From a virus (lineage: Duplodnaviria; Caudoviricetes), in IMG/VR virus record IMGVR_UViG_3300005841_000939: a stretch of DNA of 64,000 nt; one strand, 5' to 3'. Of the stretch, positions 8,991 to 19,201 are shown piece after piece. A program made the position numbers and the translations under genes. The notes beneath the pieces are model-generated. The model saw only the letters and a program-made list of their open reading frames with translations. It was not told the origin of the DNA and ran no database searches. How positions within the stretch are numbered: the first letter of the stretch is position 1; every line of letters starts with the position of its first letter.

Positions 8991-10952
8991 TTATCCACGA
9001 ATAACAACTTCTGAGAAGTCAGTACCAGTCGCAACGTTAGTGAATGTCAACTTGATGAATTCAGCAACCTTAGTTGGTTTGACCAAGATTTCTGCATACA
9101 ATTCATTTGAATCAATTGCTTCTGGTGAGTTATTAGTTTCATCACAAACAACCAAATAGTCATAGACGCCACGGCGAGCTTTGATATCTGCCAAGAATGG
9201 TGTTACGATTCCACGGAAACGTGTTCTTGTGAAATCATCGTTGAACTCAAACAACATATAGCGAGCCATTTTGTTGATTGATTTTTCCAAGTGCAAGAAT
9301 AAGCGACGTACGTTGATACGATCAAATGCTGATGCTTTTGCTTGAAGAGTCTTTTGACCGAAGATAACAATTCCTTCACCTTGGAATTTAACGATTGGAT
9401 TGATTCTATTGTAGTAAAGAACATCGCGTTGTGCTTTGTTTGGATTTACTGCAACGTCAACAACGTTACTGATGATACCACGGTTCAAACCTGCTGGTGC
9501 AAACCATTGTGCATCATTGAAATCAGTGAATGCCATAACAGCAGCACAATAGCCTGATGCTGGAACCCAACGATAAACTTCAGCAAATCTGTCAAAAATC
9601 TTGAAGTAGTTGCCGTAGATTGCTGAATAAGATGAATTGATGTTCAAGATATTTGAAACATAATTCTTCATACTCAAGAATGATTGTGCAACTGGACGAT
9701 AATTTGCAGGATTTAAAATGTATTGCAATGGAACGTTCAAAATAGCGAAGCAGTCACGACGAACTGTACTTGCCAATTGATCAATATATTGTTTAACAAC
9801 ATCATTGTAATCAGGGTCAAGTAACAAATCAACTTCAACATCTTCTGTTGATGAGAATTGAGTTTCCCATTGTGTGAGAATTTCACCAGTCAAATCGTTG
9901 AGACTTGAACCTGGAACATCACCAGTAAGGGGATCTGCACCACCAAGATAGGTCTTGCGTGTTGAAACGAGTGTTACGCCTGATGCGCCTTCTTCATCTC
10001 CACCAATGAAGAAATAGATGTATTGATCATTATCATTGACCAATTTTGGTCCAAAGATCATGTTTCCAATAGCATCGCGCTTTTCTGGATCATTTGAGAA
10101 CACATATTGATTTGTAACGTTATCAAATTCATCAAAAACAATCAATGCAGCTTCATCAGGAGTATCAGGACCATGTTCAAATGCAGTGACAATGTTCAAC
10201 ATTTCACGATTAACAAACCATGCAGTTGAAGGAGCAACTGGTGGTGTCAAAACTTCGTACTTGATCAATGAGTTTGAAAGATAATCAACTGCACTTGTTG
10301 CAGTTGTTCCTGGGGTACCATTGTAATATTTGTCAGCGATAATGTTGACAGCTTGTTGAGTGGTTGCACCAGCCAATTCTGCCTTCATTTCTTGAAGGAG
10401 TGCAAAGTCTTCACTATTTACGACGAGAACTGAAATATCATCATAATATGGGCCTGGACCAACACCATAGAAGTGATACAAATCTTCGGTATACAAATTG
10501 TTTGCTGGGTTATCCAATTCACCAGCACCAGTTCCTGGAGGAAGAGTGTAATCCTTCTTTGCTTCGTGTGATTTGATGTCATCGTATGACAATGGGAACA
10601 ATTCAGTTGGCTTTGTAGTTACATCATCCAAAACGATGTTACCGAGTCCACTTGCACTAATACCGATTGTTACGCCAGCAACTTTCTTTGTTTTGTCTTC
10701 AACGCGAACAGCGTACAATTGATTAGATTGCTTTAAAAACGCTTCGGCAGTAAACCAGTGAGTGTAATTTGTGTTGTTTGGTCTGCCAAGGATAGTTTCC
10801 AAATCACTTGGATTGGTGAGCAAGATACGCTTGTTCACTGGACCTTTGACCGAATGCATGACGATGGCACCAACAGCACTTGTGACAGATGGGATAACTT
10901 GTTGGGTATCGCGCTCTGTAAAAGTTACGGCAGGAGAAAGATTTGTAGGCAT
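8991..10952 (-). CDS. gp18: Contractile tail sheath protein
   Basis: MPTNLSPAVTFTERD start; WFAPAGLNRG, LYYNRINPI, FGQKTL, AFDRINVRRLF, FEFNDDFTR, IKPTKVAEF-like C-terminus. Confidence 0.97.
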   Translation of the reverse strand: MPTNLSPAVTFTERDTQQVIPSVTSAVGAIVMHSVKGPVNKRILLTNPSDLETILGRPNNTNYTHWFTAEAFLKQSNQLYAVRVEDKTKKVAGVTIGISASGLGNIVLDDVTTKPTELFPLSYDDIKSHEAKKDYTLPPGTGAGELDNPANNLYTEDLYHFYGVGPGPYYDDISVLVVNSEDFALLQEMKAELAGATTQQAVNIIADKYYNGTPGTTATSAVDYLSNSLIKYEVLTPPVAPSTAWFVNREMLNIVTAFEHGPDTPDEAALIVFDEFDNVTNQYVFSNDPEKRDAIGNMIFGPKLVNDNDQYIYFFIGGDEEGASGVTLVSTRKTYLGGADPLTGDVPGSSLNDLTGEILTQWETQFSSTEDVEVDLLLDPDYNDVVKQYIDQLASTVRRDCFAILNVPLQYILNPANYRPVAQSFLSMKNYVSNILNINSSYSAIYGNYFKIFDRFAEVYRWVPASGYCAAVMAFTDFNDAQWFAPAGLNRGIISNVVDVAVNPNKAQRDVLYYNRINPIVKFQGEGIVIFGQKTLQAKASAFDRINVRRLFLHLEKSINKMARYMLFEFNDDFTRTRFRGIVTPFLADIKARRGVYDYLVVCDETNNSPEAIDSNELYAEILVKPTKVAEFIKLTFTNVATGTDFSEVVIRG

Positions 10953-10995
10953 CTTGATTAGTTCCTTCTCTAATTGAAAGCAAAGTTGCTATTCT

Positions 10996-11003
10996 TATTT
11001 ATA
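10996..11003 (-). promoter_or_regulatory. T4-type late promoter TATAAATA
   Basis: Exact motif in the gp17-gp18 intergenic region, upstream of the sheath gene. Confidence 0.8.
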
Positions 11004-11031
11004 AGGAAAATAACCAATGATACCCTAACTG

Positions 11032-12639
11032 TTAATATCGCAGATTATTCCATTCATCTTGCTCAAGCCAATTCTCAGGATTTGATTTTCTATCAGCTTC
11101 AAAGAACCCCTCAATAGCGTCAGCAGCTTCAGAATTACTCAATTCTCCACTTTCAAGAACATCATGAACATTATTTAGATCGCCAAACTTCCAAGTACTA
11201 CGTTCATCTGCATAATAAGTTGATGCCATGAAATACGCTGCCCACATGCAAGTTATTACACAGTCATCGTGTAAGTTCTTACCAGTTTTAGCTTTAAATA
11301 CTCCAGGAGAAACTTCTTCAAAGATACCAATTTCATCAATTGTCAAACTATCTTTCAATATGATAGTTCCACCTTCTAATTGTTCTTTAAACTTCAATGC
11401 AGCAATTGGTTTTGATTTTTTGGTAGAAAATACACCATATGCCCCATCATTTTCCATGTCCATGAAGATATTTTCATATTCAAAATCATTGAAAAGACGA
11501 CTTATAACTTCATTTGAAAGTCCGTTTACTTCACCAATAACATAAGCATTGTTCCAATATTCGCATGTCTCATGAACAACAGCAGCAAATTCATTGGGAG
11601 GAGTTCTGTTATTGACCCATATAGCAACTTGAACTGCATTACCTTCAGTTATATCAAAAATATTCATAACTGAGTTATCTGAACCAACTCCACCAGAAGT
11701 ATCTATGGCTACAAGATATTTTCTTCCAGGAATAGACTTTACCCAAATCTTTGTTGAATCATCGGGTTGAAATTCTGGTTCAACATATTTCAACTTATTA
11801 ATTATAAAGTCAGCATCAATCAACGTAACAGTAGATCCTTGGAATTGATTGCCATATTCTTGAGCAAATTTAATCTTTCCAATATTTCTAATTGTTTCTT
11901 CTTTCCATGCTTCATCGCGTCCTGGAACTTCATGCCAGTCAACTTTAACAGGATAAAAAGTATTTCTCTTATCAATTGCATCTTTCCAAATCTTGTAATA
12001 TAAGTTACCTGTACCATTTGGTGTAGAAACGATGATAGCACGTCCACCAGTTGAAAGAGTTGGATAATTTGATGTCCAGAAAGGATCAGCAATATTTGAT
12101 GGAACGAATGCAAATTCGTCAGAAAGCAATAATGAGATAGACTCGCCACGAAGCGCATCAGTACTTGTAGCTTTAGCAAAAATCTTCGTACCATTATCAA
12201 AAGTAATTGAGAAAGCATTGTATTCAACAACTCCAGGCTTCATGTAGGCAGGCATTTGCTCATATGCAAATTTTATATCTGCTAAAATACTCTTTGCAGT
12301 ATCGGCTTTGTTAGCGAGAATTGCTAAAGTTTTGTCCTTATTGAACATAGCAAACCATAAAAAGTAAATACAACAAATAGTTGTTTTACCAATTTGACGC
12401 GCAGAGAGAACAACACAGAAACGATTTTCTTCAAAAGCTTTCAACATTCTTTTTTGATAATCGCGCAAATCAATAAGCTGTGCACCTGTAACTGGATTGA
12501 CAATATAGAAAAAGTTTTGAGCAAAAAACATGATGTCTCTTGCAGCTTGAGCAAAATTCATTACCATTGTTTGATCAAACTGGATTGTTTGATTAGGTCG
12601 TTTTACTGAACTATTTTTATCGTCATATTTAATTGTCAT
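11032..12639 (-). CDS. gp17: Terminase large subunit
   Basis: Walker A SARQIGKTT, Walker B LLLSDEFAF, coupling motif STPNG, nuclease motifs IDTSGGVGSD and HDDCV. Confidence 0.97.
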   Translation of the reverse strand: MTIKYDDKNSSVKRPNQTIQFDQTMVMNFAQAARDIMFFAQNFFYIVNPVTGAQLIDLRDYQKRMLKAFEENRFCVVLSARQIGKTTICCIYFLWFAMFNKDKTLAILANKADTAKSILADIKFAYEQMPAYMKPGVVEYNAFSITFDNGTKIFAKATSTDALRGESISLLLSDEFAFVPSNIADPFWTSNYPTLSTGGRAIIVSTPNGTGNLYYKIWKDAIDKRNTFYPVKVDWHEVPGRDEAWKEETIRNIGKIKFAQEYGNQFQGSTVTLIDADFIINKLKYVEPEFQPDDSTKIWVKSIPGRKYLVAIDTSGGVGSDNSVMNIFDITEGNAVQVAIWVNNRTPPNEFAAVVHETCEYWNNAYVIGEVNGLSNEVISRLFNDFEYENIFMDMENDGAYGVFSTKKSKPIAALKFKEQLEGGTIILKDSLTIDEIGIFEEVSPGVFKAKTGKNLHDDCVITCMWAAYFMASTYYADERSTWKFGDLNNVHDVLESGELSNSEAADAIEGFFEADRKSNPENWLEQDEWNNLRY

Positions 12640-13295
12640 GATTTATCCGAATCAGATGGAACAAATAAAACTGGTGTTAATAACAACTGCCCATCAATTG
12701 CTTTTTTAAAATATTCTCTGAAAATATCATTTCTTTTACTTGATGAATTTATATGTATTTGAAAAGCATTTGATGCATATACTGGAGGATATATTGACAT
12801 AAAAAAATCATTCATCATTGTTTTTTCACCATAACTAAAATCATCAGAAACTAATAAACTCACTGATATTCCTCTACAAACATTTGATGTAGTTCGTGAA
12901 AAAACAATAACACTACCTGTTCCTTCAAAAACAATTTTTCCCTTATTACATATGACGAGAGGTGGCTTTAACCATTCTGGTATTGATTCATATGCATTTT
13001 TAATTATTTCAAAGTTTTCGGATATAGTGTATTCTTTAGGAGATACCATAAAAACAACTTTATTTTCATGAAATAATGCGTACCATAATGAAAAAATACA
13101 GGTAATTAGAGTTATTCCACATGGTTTTAAAGTATCAATGATACAACTATTTCTATTTTGAAAATCCAACAGCATTTCTTTTTGTTCATTTGTCAAAACA
13201 ATAGGTGAAGACATATATGATAAACGAAAGAAATTTTCTGCAAAAAATATCACATCAGTAGATGCATTTTTGTAGTATTCTTCACGTTCCATCAT
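12636..13295 (-). CDS. Degenerate terminase ATPase-domain paralogue, no nuclease domain
   Basis: Collinear by eye with the N-terminal half of the adjacent gp17 (DVIFFAENFF vs DIMFFAQNFF; RGISVSLLVSDDFSY vs RGESISLLLSDEFAF). Walker A and B are altered. 4-nt overlaps with both neighbours. Confidence 0.85.
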   Translation of the reverse strand: MMEREEYYKNASTDVIFFAENFFRLSYMSSPIVLTNEQKEMLLDFQNRNSCIIDTLKPCGITLITCIFSLWYALFHENKVVFMVSPKEYTISENFEIIKNAYESIPEWLKPPLVICNKGKIVFEGTGSVIVFSRTTSNVCRGISVSLLVSDDFSYGEKTMMNDFFMSIYPPVYASNAFQIHINSSSKRNDIFREYFKKAIDGQLLLTPVLFVPSDSDKS

Positions 13296-13900
13296 GGATC
13301 CTTTTTATCTTTATCGTCTGGATCTTCACGTATAACAACATCTTGTGCTTGTTCTTCTCTTCTCGCATTGCCACCAATAATATCCTTCTTCATCAACAAT
13401 TCCATCAAATCATTCGTTGATCCAACCATTAAAATATTATTATTTCCATGCATAACTGGCTGACCAGCAGACATTTCCAATGCTTGTTTTTTCAAGTCAA
13501 TCTTTTCACGCTCAAAACCAATTTTAGCATTATAAACCTTAATTTGATTCATATTTGAAATTAAACTATTGATTGCTGAAATCATACTTGCAGCAGTTTC
13601 AACATCTCGGCCTCTTGGTGATCCTTCAATTTCTAATTGCAATGCATTTAACATTGACATACCTTGACCAACCATTTGCTTGATTACAGTATTCATATAA
13701 TCATCTGTTGTTGGTAAGTCATCTAATTGTTTTAATTTTTCTTTAAATGCTTTTACTTGTGCTTGACGTTCTTCAATTAAACGCAATTCGCGTTCTGCCT
13801 CTTGATCATCAAACGCAGTTGAAGAATCAATATTTAAAATATCTTCTAATTTCTTGAAAGATTTACTTTGTTTCTTCTTTTCATCATCTTCATTTGACAT
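13292..13900 (-). CDS. gp16: Terminase small subunit
   Basis: SPRGRDVETAASMI and NNNILMVGSTNDLMELL match the gp16 pattern HPRAYEV...NN.LFVGST.EL..LL; upstream of gp17. Confidence 0.8.
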   Translation of the reverse strand: MSNEDDEKKKQSKSFKKLEDILNIDSSTAFDDQEAERELRLIEERQAQVKAFKEKLKQLDDLPTTDDYMNTVIKQMVGQGMSMLNALQLEIEGSPRGRDVETAASMISAINSLISNMNQIKVYNAKIGFEREKIDLKKQALEMSAGQPVMHGNNNILMVGSTNDLMELLMKKDIIGGNARREEQAQDVVIREDPDDKDKKDP

Positions 13901-13906
13901 AAACCC

Positions 13907-15022
13907 TCAATCTGGATATGATTCGTTCGGTATCAATTGAACTGAACCAATCGGTAAACCGTCTCCAGTAAAATGTTGTAATAAACTAATTATAGACACA
14001 ATATTGTTTTCATTCATAAACTCTTGCCAATAATGTGAAATTATCTTTGTTTCTTGATCAACAATAACGCGTGGATTTTTCAACACTGGACCTTGACAAG
14101 ATGAAATCCCTGGAGTAGTTGAATCATAAACTGGCTCTGGTGGTGTTACATCACCACAACTATTATCAACACATTGCTGATAGCCAGGAACCATTGCTTC
14201 GTTTGCTTCTTTCCAAAACTTGATCATTTGGTTGTAACCATCTACATCATCAAAATCAAAACCTTTTATTTTTGGTAAAACTGCAAACTCATTAGAAACG
14301 ACATCAGATTCTGGCTCATATATTATTAATTTTGAACCTTCAAATGGAACTTTTCTACATGGAACATTATTGATAGTAATACGTGAACATAAAATATCTG
14401 GTGTCAATTCCATTGGCTTGAACATTGTAGCTTCAACAATAAAAGTAAAATTCCATTGTAATATTCTGCGTTCATTTTCGCCATATTCGTAAAAATGGTT
14501 TTGATTTACGCCTTGCATCGTTACTTTAGCTTTGTGTTCTAATCCAAAATTTCTTTCTTTATATGAAATAAAAACTTGCGGTGCAAAGAATGGAAGAATA
14601 TTTTCAACTATTTGATAACCATCTTCTGCATATTTTGCCCAAACAGAAACTTCAAAAGTCAAATCATATGGAATAGGATTTAAGTCTGTTTGTTTTACTC
14701 TCTTACCTTTATCTGTTTCGTATTCAACATTTAAAAGTCTTTTATCATATTTACCAGCTTGACGATCAGGTGCCCAATTTATTCCACTATTAACAATTGA
14801 AATGCGAGGTAAATAATTATCAACTTGTGGATCAACATCATTTACTGAGCCTTTTTGTAAAATTGCAGCTATTTTTTCTTTTGGTTGCAATCCACATGCC
14901 ACTGGTTTTGCTCCTACTATTTCTCCATCTTTAGAATAAACACGGGTTGACATTCCAGTAAACATTTCACTGAAAGCGGCAACAACCGTGTATATTGAAC
15001 GTGGATAAAAGTAAGATTTCAT
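13907..15022 (-). CDS. gp15: Tail sheath stabiliser / tail completion protein
   Basis: YFYPRSI...FSEMF, PKEK, LPRISI, PIPYDLTFEVSVWAKYAEDGYQIVENILPFF. Confidence 0.9.
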   Translation of the reverse strand: MKSYFYPRSIYTVVAAFSEMFTGMSTRVYSKDGEIVGAKPVACGLQPKEKIAAILQKGSVNDVDPQVDNYLPRISIVNSGINWAPDRQAGKYDKRLLNVEYETDKGKRVKQTDLNPIPYDLTFEVSVWAKYAEDGYQIVENILPFFAPQVFISYKERNFGLEHKAKVTMQGVNQNHFYEYGENERRILQWNFTFIVEATMFKPMELTPDILCSRITINNVPCRKVPFEGSKLIIYEPESDVVSNEFAVLPKIKGFDFDDVDGYNQMIKFWKEANEAMVPGYQQCVDNSCGDVTPPEPVYDSTTPGISSCQGPVLKNPRVIVDQETKIISHYWQEFMNENNIVSIISLLQHFTGDGLPIGSVQLIPNESYPD

Positions 15023-15025
15023 GAA

Positions 15026-15406
15026 TTATTCTGGAACAACTTCCTGATCAGCAGTTCCATCCTTATTTGCTTGTGTTTTGTAATAATCAAAAAGTGCTTT
15101 ACGCTTATCTGCTGGCAATCCACCATTTAACTCAATCATATCAGGTGTGAAAATATCAATTTTCTTTCCATGTTGATCAAAAACGTTCAATTCTTCTTCG
15201 TCCTTTTCAACAACAACTTTATAAACATTTCCATCTGAACCGGTGTAGATGAATTCGGATGTGTCTTCTTCCTCTTCTGTAATTGGGGGCGGAGCAACTT
15301 GAGTATCTGTTGTGATTGGTGCTGGTTCATTTGCTGGAGCCGCCAAGGTAAATGGGTTTGTATTCTCAAAGATTTTTTTCATTTCTCTACGTAATTCGTC
15401 TAACAT
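15026..15406 (-). CDS. Hypothetical acidic protein
   Basis: 126-aa ORF in the neck operon between gp14 and gp15, with AAGGAAA SD-like sequence upstream. Confidence 0.7.
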   Translation of the reverse strand: MLDELRREMKKIFENTNPFTLAAPANEPAPITTDTQVAPPPITEEEEDTSEFIYTGSDGNVYKVVVEKDEEELNVFDQHGKKIDIFTPDMIELNGGLPADKRKALFDYYKTQANKDGTADQEVVPE

Positions 15407-15422
15407 GTTTTTCCTTTAATGT

Positions 15423-16421
15423 TTACCAATCGCCCCACAGGGAACGTTTATCTGGTATGGTTCTTCCGTTTGGTCCATATTTTTCATGCGCTGGTGATCC
15501 CTCAGGTGTTACGATACTGGTTTGTGGATCAACAACTTCTTTATCAACAATGTCAACCTTTTGATTATCCGCAGTTTTACTGCCATCTTTAGTATCTGGA
15601 ACGATGTATTTACTATTAACTCTACCATCACCTAAAAGAATATCTGGTGGGATAGATCCATCACTTGGTCCTGGTGGACTTGCAGTTGTGAAGAATTCTG
15701 TTGCTGCTGCGCCAGTTATTCCTGGTGTTCCAGCGAATAAAGGATCATCATTTTGCATCAACTCTTCTGATGTTGGAGTTGGAAGAATGAATTGTGGATT
15801 ACCTTTATATTTTTCATCAATATCTTTATCAGGAATTGCACCATATTGCTCACCAGTACCAACGCCGGCATCTGAAACAATACGAACTTTTCCAGTAACC
15901 TTATACCAAAACTTATAACCAAATTGTTGAGCTTTCGCATCTAAGAAGTGCAATCCACCCTCAGTTACCTCATACACCAATCCGTTGTGCGGAGTCATCA
16001 ATAAGTCATTTGCAACTGGACCGAAGCCACCTCTACGATTTGAATTATTTGGTTCAGGTGTCTTCAACGAACGATTACCAACCGCTTTATCAAAAGTTCC
16101 ACGATGGAAATATAAAGTTATTTCATCTTCGCTTTGGCGACCAAACGCAGTGTAAAGTAAAACTTCTGGTGTCCATGTATCAAGCATGGCTTTCATAATG
16201 AAACGACGATCCCATTTAGGTTTACTATTATCACCTAAGATTACATCTTGATTATCTGCATAATCATCAATGTTTAAGGTATAATATTCAACTGGAATAC
16301 CTTTAATCGCGGCCAATTCAGCCATCATACGATCATAGGTTTCTTTTTCACGACTACAAGGATCGGAACTAAATTGTGTCCAATACTTGTCGTAACTAAA
16401 TGGATCAGACAAACCAGCCAT
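15423..16421 (-). CDS. gp14: Neck protein
   Basis: GIPVEYY, ILGDN, FGRQSEDEITLYF, NDLLMTP...YEV motifs; adjacent to gp13. Confidence 0.85.
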   Translation of the reverse strand: MAGLSDPFSYDKYWTQFSSDPCSREKETYDRMMAELAAIKGIPVEYYTLNIDDYADNQDVILGDNSKPKWDRRFIMKAMLDTWTPEVLLYTAFGRQSEDEITLYFHRGTFDKAVGNRSLKTPEPNNSNRRGGFGPVANDLLMTPHNGLVYEVTEGGLHFLDAKAQQFGYKFWYKVTGKVRIVSDAGVGTGEQYGAIPDKDIDEKYKGNPQFILPTPTSEELMQNDDPLFAGTPGITGAAATEFFTTASPPGPSDGSIPPDILLGDGRVNSKYIVPDTKDGSKTADNQKVDIVDKEVVDPQTSIVTPEGSPAHEKYGPNGRTIPDKRSLWGDW

Positions 16422-16427
16422 AATCCA

Positions 16428-16435
16428 TATTTATA
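16428..16435 (-). promoter_or_regulatory. T4-type late promoter TATAAATA
   Basis: Exact motif 6 nt upstream of the gp14 ATG. Confidence 0.75.
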
Positions 16436-16441
16436 TGTTTA

Positions 16442-17701
16442 TCAGCCCGTAAAGAAGTCTGGTGGTTCAGAATACATATGATCATCAACAATTTGCTTCT
16501 CAATTTTCTCTCTCAAAGCATCACCACGATTCAAATACAACTCACCATTAAATGAACTTCCATCAGGGAAAGTCATGTTTTGATATTTTGAACCATTCAT
16601 ACCAACTTGGATCATTGCATGTGCATATGCCAATTCACGCACTGCTTGATGATTATACATTTTTTCATCAGCAACACGACGATAGCACGACATAGCCATA
16701 ACACCTTTTGATGATGGTGGAGGACTAATGCGAACTGTATGGTCAAGAGGACTGAAATAAGCCATCATTTTTGTTGTGAACAATGTACGATACATTTCCA
16801 ATGTTTGCATGCCCATAAACCAAGAAACGATGTCTACGGAACCAATACCGCCCCCAATCCATGAACCCCAACGATTATCAAATGATGTTGATGAATTCAT
16901 AAATCCATAACTTCCGCCAGCTTGGAATAAACCACCTAATGGAGCAAAAAGCACATTATCTTCATTATTACCATAACCACCAAACATACCTTTGTATAAG
17001 GTATCAGTGATTGCTATGACATCTGTTGGAACTGTGTAAATTGTTTTGAAAACATAACCATTTTGTTGAGGTTTTACTGATGTGTCACCTTCTGTCCAGA
17101 AAGGTCCAATTGCTTGCGGATCATATTTCATCTTATCAGTAAAGCAGTGATCAGCAGGAATGTTATCACCGCACCAACTTGGACCAGGATCTGTTTCACA
17201 TGGGCAAAGATTGCCGGCAGCATCCAAATATGGATAAGTATGACCATCTGAATGTGCAGTGTCATAAGGTAATGTACATGTTGAAAGCATTGATGGATTA
17301 AAATCAGTGGAACATTTATTATCATTCCCACCCATACCATCAACAACAATTGTTGGACCATTAAACCCAGGAAGTGGTCTGGACATTGGCGTTCCTGTCA
17401 TACCAGGAGTACCAGTTGTTCCTGTAGTTCCAGAAGTACCTGGAGTTACGTGACGCCATTTTCCACCAGTTGGTCCTGGTTGACAAACTTTTCCAGTGCC
17501 ATCGTAATAAAGCAATTCTGGACAAATTGCGATCATTGATTCAACATTACCAATTCCACCGGCATGTTCGCCGAAGAAATCGCATGCATGATCAATACAG
17601 TCATCAATTTGTGTTGTATCAATTAAAACGTCAATGACGGGTTGGCCAAGTCTACGACGGATCCAATTAGCAAGTTCACGTTTTTTCTGATATGGACGCA
17701 T
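16442..17701 (-). CDS. gp13: Neck protein with a Cys/Gly/Thr-rich insertion
   Basis: LANWIRRRLGQPVIDVLIDTTQIDDCID start and GSKYQNMTFPDGSSFNGE...EKIE...SEPPDFFTG end are the gp13 signature. Confidence 0.9.
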   Translation of the reverse strand: MRPYQKKRELANWIRRRLGQPVIDVLIDTTQIDDCIDHACDFFGEHAGGIGNVESMIAICPELLYYDGTGKVCQPGPTGGKWRHVTPGTSGTTGTTGTPGMTGTPMSRPLPGFNGPTIVVDGMGGNDNKCSTDFNPSMLSTCTLPYDTAHSDGHTYPYLDAAGNLCPCETDPGPSWCGDNIPADHCFTDKMKYDPQAIGPFWTEGDTSVKPQQNGYVFKTIYTVPTDVIAITDTLYKGMFGGYGNNEDNVLFAPLGGLFQAGGSYGFMNSSTSFDNRWGSWIGGGIGSVDIVSWFMGMQTLEMYRTLFTTKMMAYFSPLDHTVRISPPPSSKGVMAMSCYRRVADEKMYNHQAVRELAYAHAMIQVGMNGSKYQNMTFPDGSSFNGELYLNRGDALREKIEKQIVDDHMYSEPPDFFTG

Positions 17702-17729
17702 CTATTAGCCCTCTGAATCATATTTATCT

Positions 17730-18278
17730 TTATTTTTCAACACCCAAAGCTTTTTTAACAAGTTTGATTAATTCCCACTTTTGAGTTTTAGCATTCATAC
17801 TCTCAACATTTGCTGGAACTTGAATTTTCAATATCTTTACTGATTGTTTTAATTCTTCCATTGTTATTTTGACCCAATTAACAGTTGCTAGATCAAATGG
17901 CAATTCACCAGAAGAAATTGCTGGAGGAGCAGATGGATTTTCTTCTTTTACAGTTGGTTCTTTATAAATCTCATCAATTTGATCAGCAACATTATGAGGA
18001 TCACTTTGTGAAATTATTTTAAACTCATGTTTATTGGTATCTTCAAGTCTAATATCTTGGAATTGAAAATTATTATTTTGTGTCATGCTTGGAATACGAT
18101 GAAAATCAAATGCAACAGGTCTTAAAAACTCAAAAGTTATAAGCATGTGATGTGGACCTTCAATCGTTCCACCTGGAAGAATTTGAACTGGTGGCGATCC
18201 TTTTTCCCAAATTTTTCTCAAATTGACACTATAATCCATAATATTATAAAATGTTGCATAATCATTTTTGTCGGACAT
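17730..18278 (-). CDS. Hypothetical protein
   Basis: 182-aa ORF directly upstream of gp13 on the same strand; the C-terminal helix pair may be a small HeH/Rho-N-like motif (weak). Confidence 0.65.
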   Translation of the reverse strand: MSDKNDYATFYNIMDYSVNLRKIWEKGSPPVQILPGGTIEGPHHMLITFEFLRPVAFDFHRIPSMTQNNNFQFQDIRLEDTNKHEFKIISQSDPHNVADQIDEIYKEPTVKEENPSAPPAISSGELPFDLATVNWVKITMEELKQSVKILKIQVPANVESMNAKTQKWELIKLVKKALGVEK

Positions 18279-18344
18279 ACAAAATTCTCCAAAAATACAA
18301 TTATATAGAATAAAATAGATAAATAAGATAATTGGGGTCTTAAT

Positions 18345-18659
18345 ATGGCAAGATATGAAAAAACTATTGCAACTAAGGATTTTGTTGTTTCTATTCTTTT
18401 AACTTCAACCCCAACTTCTGTAAGAGACTTATTGCCATCAAGTATTCAAGAACAAATAAATAACCTTATATCATCATCAGACATTCTTGATGGATATATA
18501 GTTGGACCAAATGGTTTTGATGTTACTCGCGATCATCCTGATGCAGCAATAGAAACAATACCTGCCAACGAAAGATATTTATGTCCAATGGAAAATTGGA
18601 TTGATCACGTAATAGTTAGTGGTGCAGGATCTGCTGTTGTACGTATTCTATACAATTAA
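18345..18659 (+). CDS. Hypothetical protein
   Basis: 104-aa ORF filling the gap between divergent and convergent neighbours, with no competing long ORF. Confidence 0.6.
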   Translation: MARYEKTIATKDFVVSILLTSTPTSVRDLLPSSIQEQINNLISSSDILDGYIVGPNGFDVTRDHPDAAIETIPANERYLCPMENWIDHVIVSGAGSAVVRILYN

Positions 18660-19201
18660 CAATTTCGTAAACAAATAATAAAGTGTGAATTATTACCAAG
18701 ATCGGATAAACTAAATCCATCAACTGGAAATAATTCACTTTCTTTTTCATCTTTCCAATTATTTGTTAAATTGCTGACATATGTTTTACCTGGATACTTA
18801 TCACCCAATCTTTTCCACAACTTAAAACTATGCGGTGATAGATGAGTATCTGATCCTAATTTTCCATATCTATTTAATAATTGCTCATAAATTTGTTGAG
18901 CTATACCTTGACCACGATATGCATCAATAACGCCAGAAAAATTAATTAAAGGTATACCTTTTGGCTCATACTGGTAAGATACTCTAGCGACAGCTTGACT
19001 AGTTTCTTTATCAACAGCAAATGTAATAAAAAGTCCCATTTGAGCCTGATAGGTTGGAAAATAAAATTTATCGTTTTGATCTAAAGATATTGGCTTTTTT
19101 GCAGAAACTATATTAAATCTTTTTTGAACATCATTTGGATTGACGCTATCACCATCATCATTTGACATTGATGGCATTTCATAAAATACTTTAAAACTCA
19201 T
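18656..19201 (-). CDS. GNAT-family acetyltransferase-like protein
   Basis: Acetyl-CoA-binding motif A VIDAYRGQGIAQQIY, followed by SDTHLSPHSFKLWKRL. Confidence 0.7.
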   Translation of the reverse strand: MSFKVFYEMPSMSNDDGDSVNPNDVQKRFNIVSAKKPISLDQNDKFYFPTYQAQMGLFITFAVDKETSQAVARVSYQYEPKGIPLINFSGVIDAYRGQGIAQQIYEQLLNRYGKLGSDTHLSPHSFKLWKRLGDKYPGKTYVSNLTNNWKDEKESELFPVDGFSLSDLGNNSHFIICLRNC

